Source: Nitrospirales bacterium (GTDB lineage: Bacteria > Nitrospirota > Nitrospiria > Nitrospirales > UBA8639). Taken from it: a stretch of DNA of 64,000 nt. Position 1 is the first letter of the stretch. Every line of letters starts with the position of its first letter. Of the stretch, positions 62,501-64,000 are shown one piece after another. The position numbers and the translations under genes are program-made. The stretch spans positions 352,001 through 416,000 of the forward strand of contig CBDCWC010000002.1 in the NCBI GenBank assembly GCA_965223295.1, read 5' to 3'. The notes beneath the pieces were generated by a model. That model saw only the letters and a list, made by a program, of their open reading frames with translations. It was not told where the DNA came from and did not search any database.

Positions 62501-62884
62501 ACCGATACCCGGTATGTGGTAGCCTGCAATGGAAAGCATGTGCCATTGATTCCAACGGGACGAGAGGGCGAAGCTGTAGGAGGAGTGCGGTACCGCGCCT
62601 GGCAGCCTCCAAATAGTTTGCATCCGAACATTGGTGTGGATGCCCCGCTCATCTTCGATATTTACGACCGATGGTCCGAACGGGCGGTCGCGGGGTGTAC
62701 CTATCATGTTGCGCACCAAGGCGGACGAAATTTTGAACAATTTCCGGTCAACTCCTATGAAGCAGAAAGCCGTCGGCTGGCCCGGTTTACCCCGTTTGGT
62801 CACACGGCTGGGTCCTATGTAGAACCTGCTGATACTTCTCGTCCAGAATTCCCTTTTACGCTTGATCTTCGATGGCCGGTCTAA
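59561..62884 (+). CDS. Transglutaminase-like protein fused to a DUF2126 (putative amidoligase) domain
   Basis: H.T.YRY N-domain, GSCRD and DLHAWVE..GFDPT catalytic motifs, TIGGEPTFVS, TPDPGVLEVN, GTGGGNH, GLVEFRAFEMPPH. Confidence 0.93.
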   Translation: MALHVALNHQTHYRYDRLVQMSPHVIRLRPAPHSRTPVLSYALNIEPKGYFLNWQQDPHGNYLARVVFPEKVQEFHVEVDLVADMVIYNPFDFFLEPEAETLPFQYERMVKQDLLPYLEVEQAGPRLQEWLRNFKAPSDDPTIPFLMNLNGQLQRQIDYVVRMEPGVHTPEETLEFGRGSCRDTGWLLVQIFRHLGIASRFVSGYLIQLVADVKSQDGPAGTDRDFTDLHAWVEAYLPGAGWVGFDPTSGLLAGEGHIPLACTPHPLMAAPINGVIDECETEFSHDMSVTRIAESPRVTKPYTEKQWQAIDQFGHRLSAELSANDVRVTIGGEPTFVSLDYPDSPEWNTEAVGPTKQEFAAKLIKRLRDRFAPGALLHFGQGKWYPGEQLPRWAFGIYWRENGAAIWEQDHLILEDSPTEEVSHQDAQQFIEGIARRVDVGCETIYPVYEDPWHLIGQERKLPEQLDPATNNLDDPMARARLAKAFEKGLDTPAGYVLPLQRWNARDGQCRWMSEPWSTRTKHLFLVPGDSPVGFRLPLPSLPVLAPGEYPYIVPADPFEERGPLPDPDPNRQPFLRRQVGQEHQEEQPQLIHGQVTGTGTKRAVRAALAVEARNGHLWVFMPPVESVEDYLDLVAAIQDTAAELHQPIHIEGYTPPYDPRVNVLKITPDPGVLEVNIHPASSWMDMVVITTGIYEEARLCRLGTEKFMLDGRHAGTGGGNHMVVGGKTPADSPFLRRPDLLRSLVAFWQRHPSLSYVFSGLFIGPTSQAPRIDEARHDSLYELELGFTQVPLPNGDYYPPPWLVDRIFRNLLIDVSGNTHRTEICIDKLYSPDGPTGRLGLVEFRAFEMPPHERMSLVQQALLLALIARFWKTPDSGRLVRWGTQLHDRFMLPHFLKQDLDDVIQDMNQAGYEIQQEWFAPHLEFRFPLYGAIHHQDLVMEVRQALEPWHVMGEDGAPGGTVRYVDSSVERLQVKLSGLTDTRYVVACNGKHVPLIPTGREGEAVGGVRYRAWQPPNSLHPNIGVDAPLIFDIYDRWSERAVAGCTYHVAHQGGRNFEQFPVNSYEAESRRLARFTPFGHTAGSYVEPADTSRPEFPFTLDLRWPV

Positions 62885-62971
62885 TACCTCCACATTGTGA
62901 TGGGCGATGCTTTAATATGATGCTCAACTTAGTCTAGTTCTTTTCTTTGACACCTCACTATTGGATTCCTG

Positions 62972-64000
62972 ATGTCGCTCCCATCTTCTGACACACCTCA
63001 TTCTTTTTCAAATACTTCATTGTTCTATCCCCCCCAGGCCGACACGTTCGATGAGTTGATTGCTCAGGATGGATCAGTCCGTTCTCATTGGGAAGGTTTT
63101 CTGAAAGGGTTTTCGAGTCTGAATGCTACTGAAAAACAATTGGCCCAGGAAACGGCTCAACGACTGTTGAAATCTGGCGGTGTGACTCACAAGGTTGCTC
63201 AGGACGGTCGGGATTCAGATCGACCTTGGCAGTTGGATTTATTGCCCCTTCTTATTGATCAAGAAGAATGGCAACAGTTGGAAGCTGGACTTATCCAACG
63301 CGCCCGCTTGTTGAATCATATTCTGTGTGATTTATATGGTCCGCAACAGTTGTTGAAAAATGGCATCTTGCCTCCAGCCGTGGTCTTTGGCAATCCGCAG
63401 TTTCTTCAACCATGTCGAGAGGTTCAGGTTCACAGCGGAACATATTTGCATTTTTTAGCTTTTGATGTGGCTCGCGCACCTGACGGGAAATGGTGGGTGC
63501 TGAGGGATCGCACAGAGGCACCAACCGGAATAGGTTTTGCGTTGGAGAACCGTACGATTGTCTCGCGAGCATTGCCAGATCTTTTCGACGATATGCATGT
63601 GCAACGGCTTGCTCCATTTTTTCGATCGTTTAGCCAAAACTTTTTAGCCTATTCTCAGCGGGATGATCCTTTAGTTGTGGTCTTGTCTCCTGGTCCACAG
63701 AATGCGGCATATTTCGAACATGCCTATTTGTCCCGGTACTTAGGCTATCCAGTCGTGGAAGGGTCGGATATGACGGTTCGGGATGACCGGCTCTTTTTAA
63801 AAACCGTGGATGGGTTGAAACCTGTTGATCTCGTCCTGCGGCGTATTTATTCAGATTTGTGTGATCCGCTTGAACTTGCAACCGATTCCGCTTTAGGTAT
63901 TCCCGGTTTGCTGCAATCCATTCGGGCAGGACATGTCACGATGGGAAATGCGTTGGGGAGCGGACTCGTAGACAGCGAGGTGTTACTCAGTTTTCTGCCG
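62972..64000 (+). CDS. Second circularly permuted type 2 ATP-grasp protein, 3'-partial
   Basis: Absent from the ORF track because there is no stop in the window. Translated by hand: FDELIAQDGSVRSHW, RPWQLDLLP, GLIQRARLLN..L.DLYGPQ, DRTEAPTGIG, YFEHAYLSRYLG, GNALGSG. Confidence 0.9.
   Translation, partial: MSLPSSDTPHSFSNTSLFYPPQADTFDELIAQDGSVRSHWEGFLKGFSSLNATEKQLAQETAQRLLKSGGVTHKVAQDGRDSDRPWQLDLLPLLIDQEEWQQLEAGLIQRARLLNHILCDLYGPQQLLKNGILPPAVVFGNPQFLQPCREVQVHSGTYLHFLAFDVARAPDGKWWVLRDRTEAPTGIGFALENRTIVSRALPDLFDDMHVQRLAPFFRSFSQNFLAYSQRDDPLVVVLSPGPQNAAYFEHAYLSRYLGYPVVEGSDMTVRDDRLFLKTVDGLKPVDLVLRRIYSDLCDPLELATDSALGIPGLLQSIRAGHVTMGNALGSGLVDSEVLLSFLP

Overview
Bacterial chromosomal window, probably from a nitrite-oxidising Nitrospirales organism. 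That placement is inferred from an NxrC-like heme-b protein and an intergenic repeat family I recall from Nitrospira; it has not been checked against a database. In order, the window holds: (1) an APH/kinase gene and an FhlA-like sigma54 activator, followed by two sigma54 operons that share a duplicated upstream element (ankyrin + GlcG/HbpS heme protein; DoxX + VOC + RND efflux pump); (2) an SDR/aldehyde dehydrogenase/TetR module with a clear tandem operator; (3) small accessory genes, a decayed but full-length IS3 element, a chemoreceptor-like protein with no output domain, SulP, an orphan NxrC-like gene, a lipoprotein hydrolase, a CPA2 antiporter and a frameshifted beta-barrel gene; (4) a ~20 kb, mostly minus-strand cluster (GH63, AsmA-like, AstE/AspA, RimK, RimB-like protease, CNNM, two MgtE-type genes, two mini-MscS, ECF sigma). 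Two outward-facing paralogs of an uncharacterised 317-aa protein built from 11/22-residue amphipathic repeats bracket its AsmA-to-ECF core, and a candidate ECF promoter TGTGACG-N15-TTGTCTAA occurs twice; (5) a Na/Pi cotransporter, an MltF-like protein, and a divergent alpha-E / circularly permuted ATP-grasp / transglutaminase locus running off the window end. A modular MITE-like repeat occurs five times plus one fragment. No rRNA, tRNA or CRISPR array was seen. The best novel-system candidate is the ECF-linked repeat-protein cluster.
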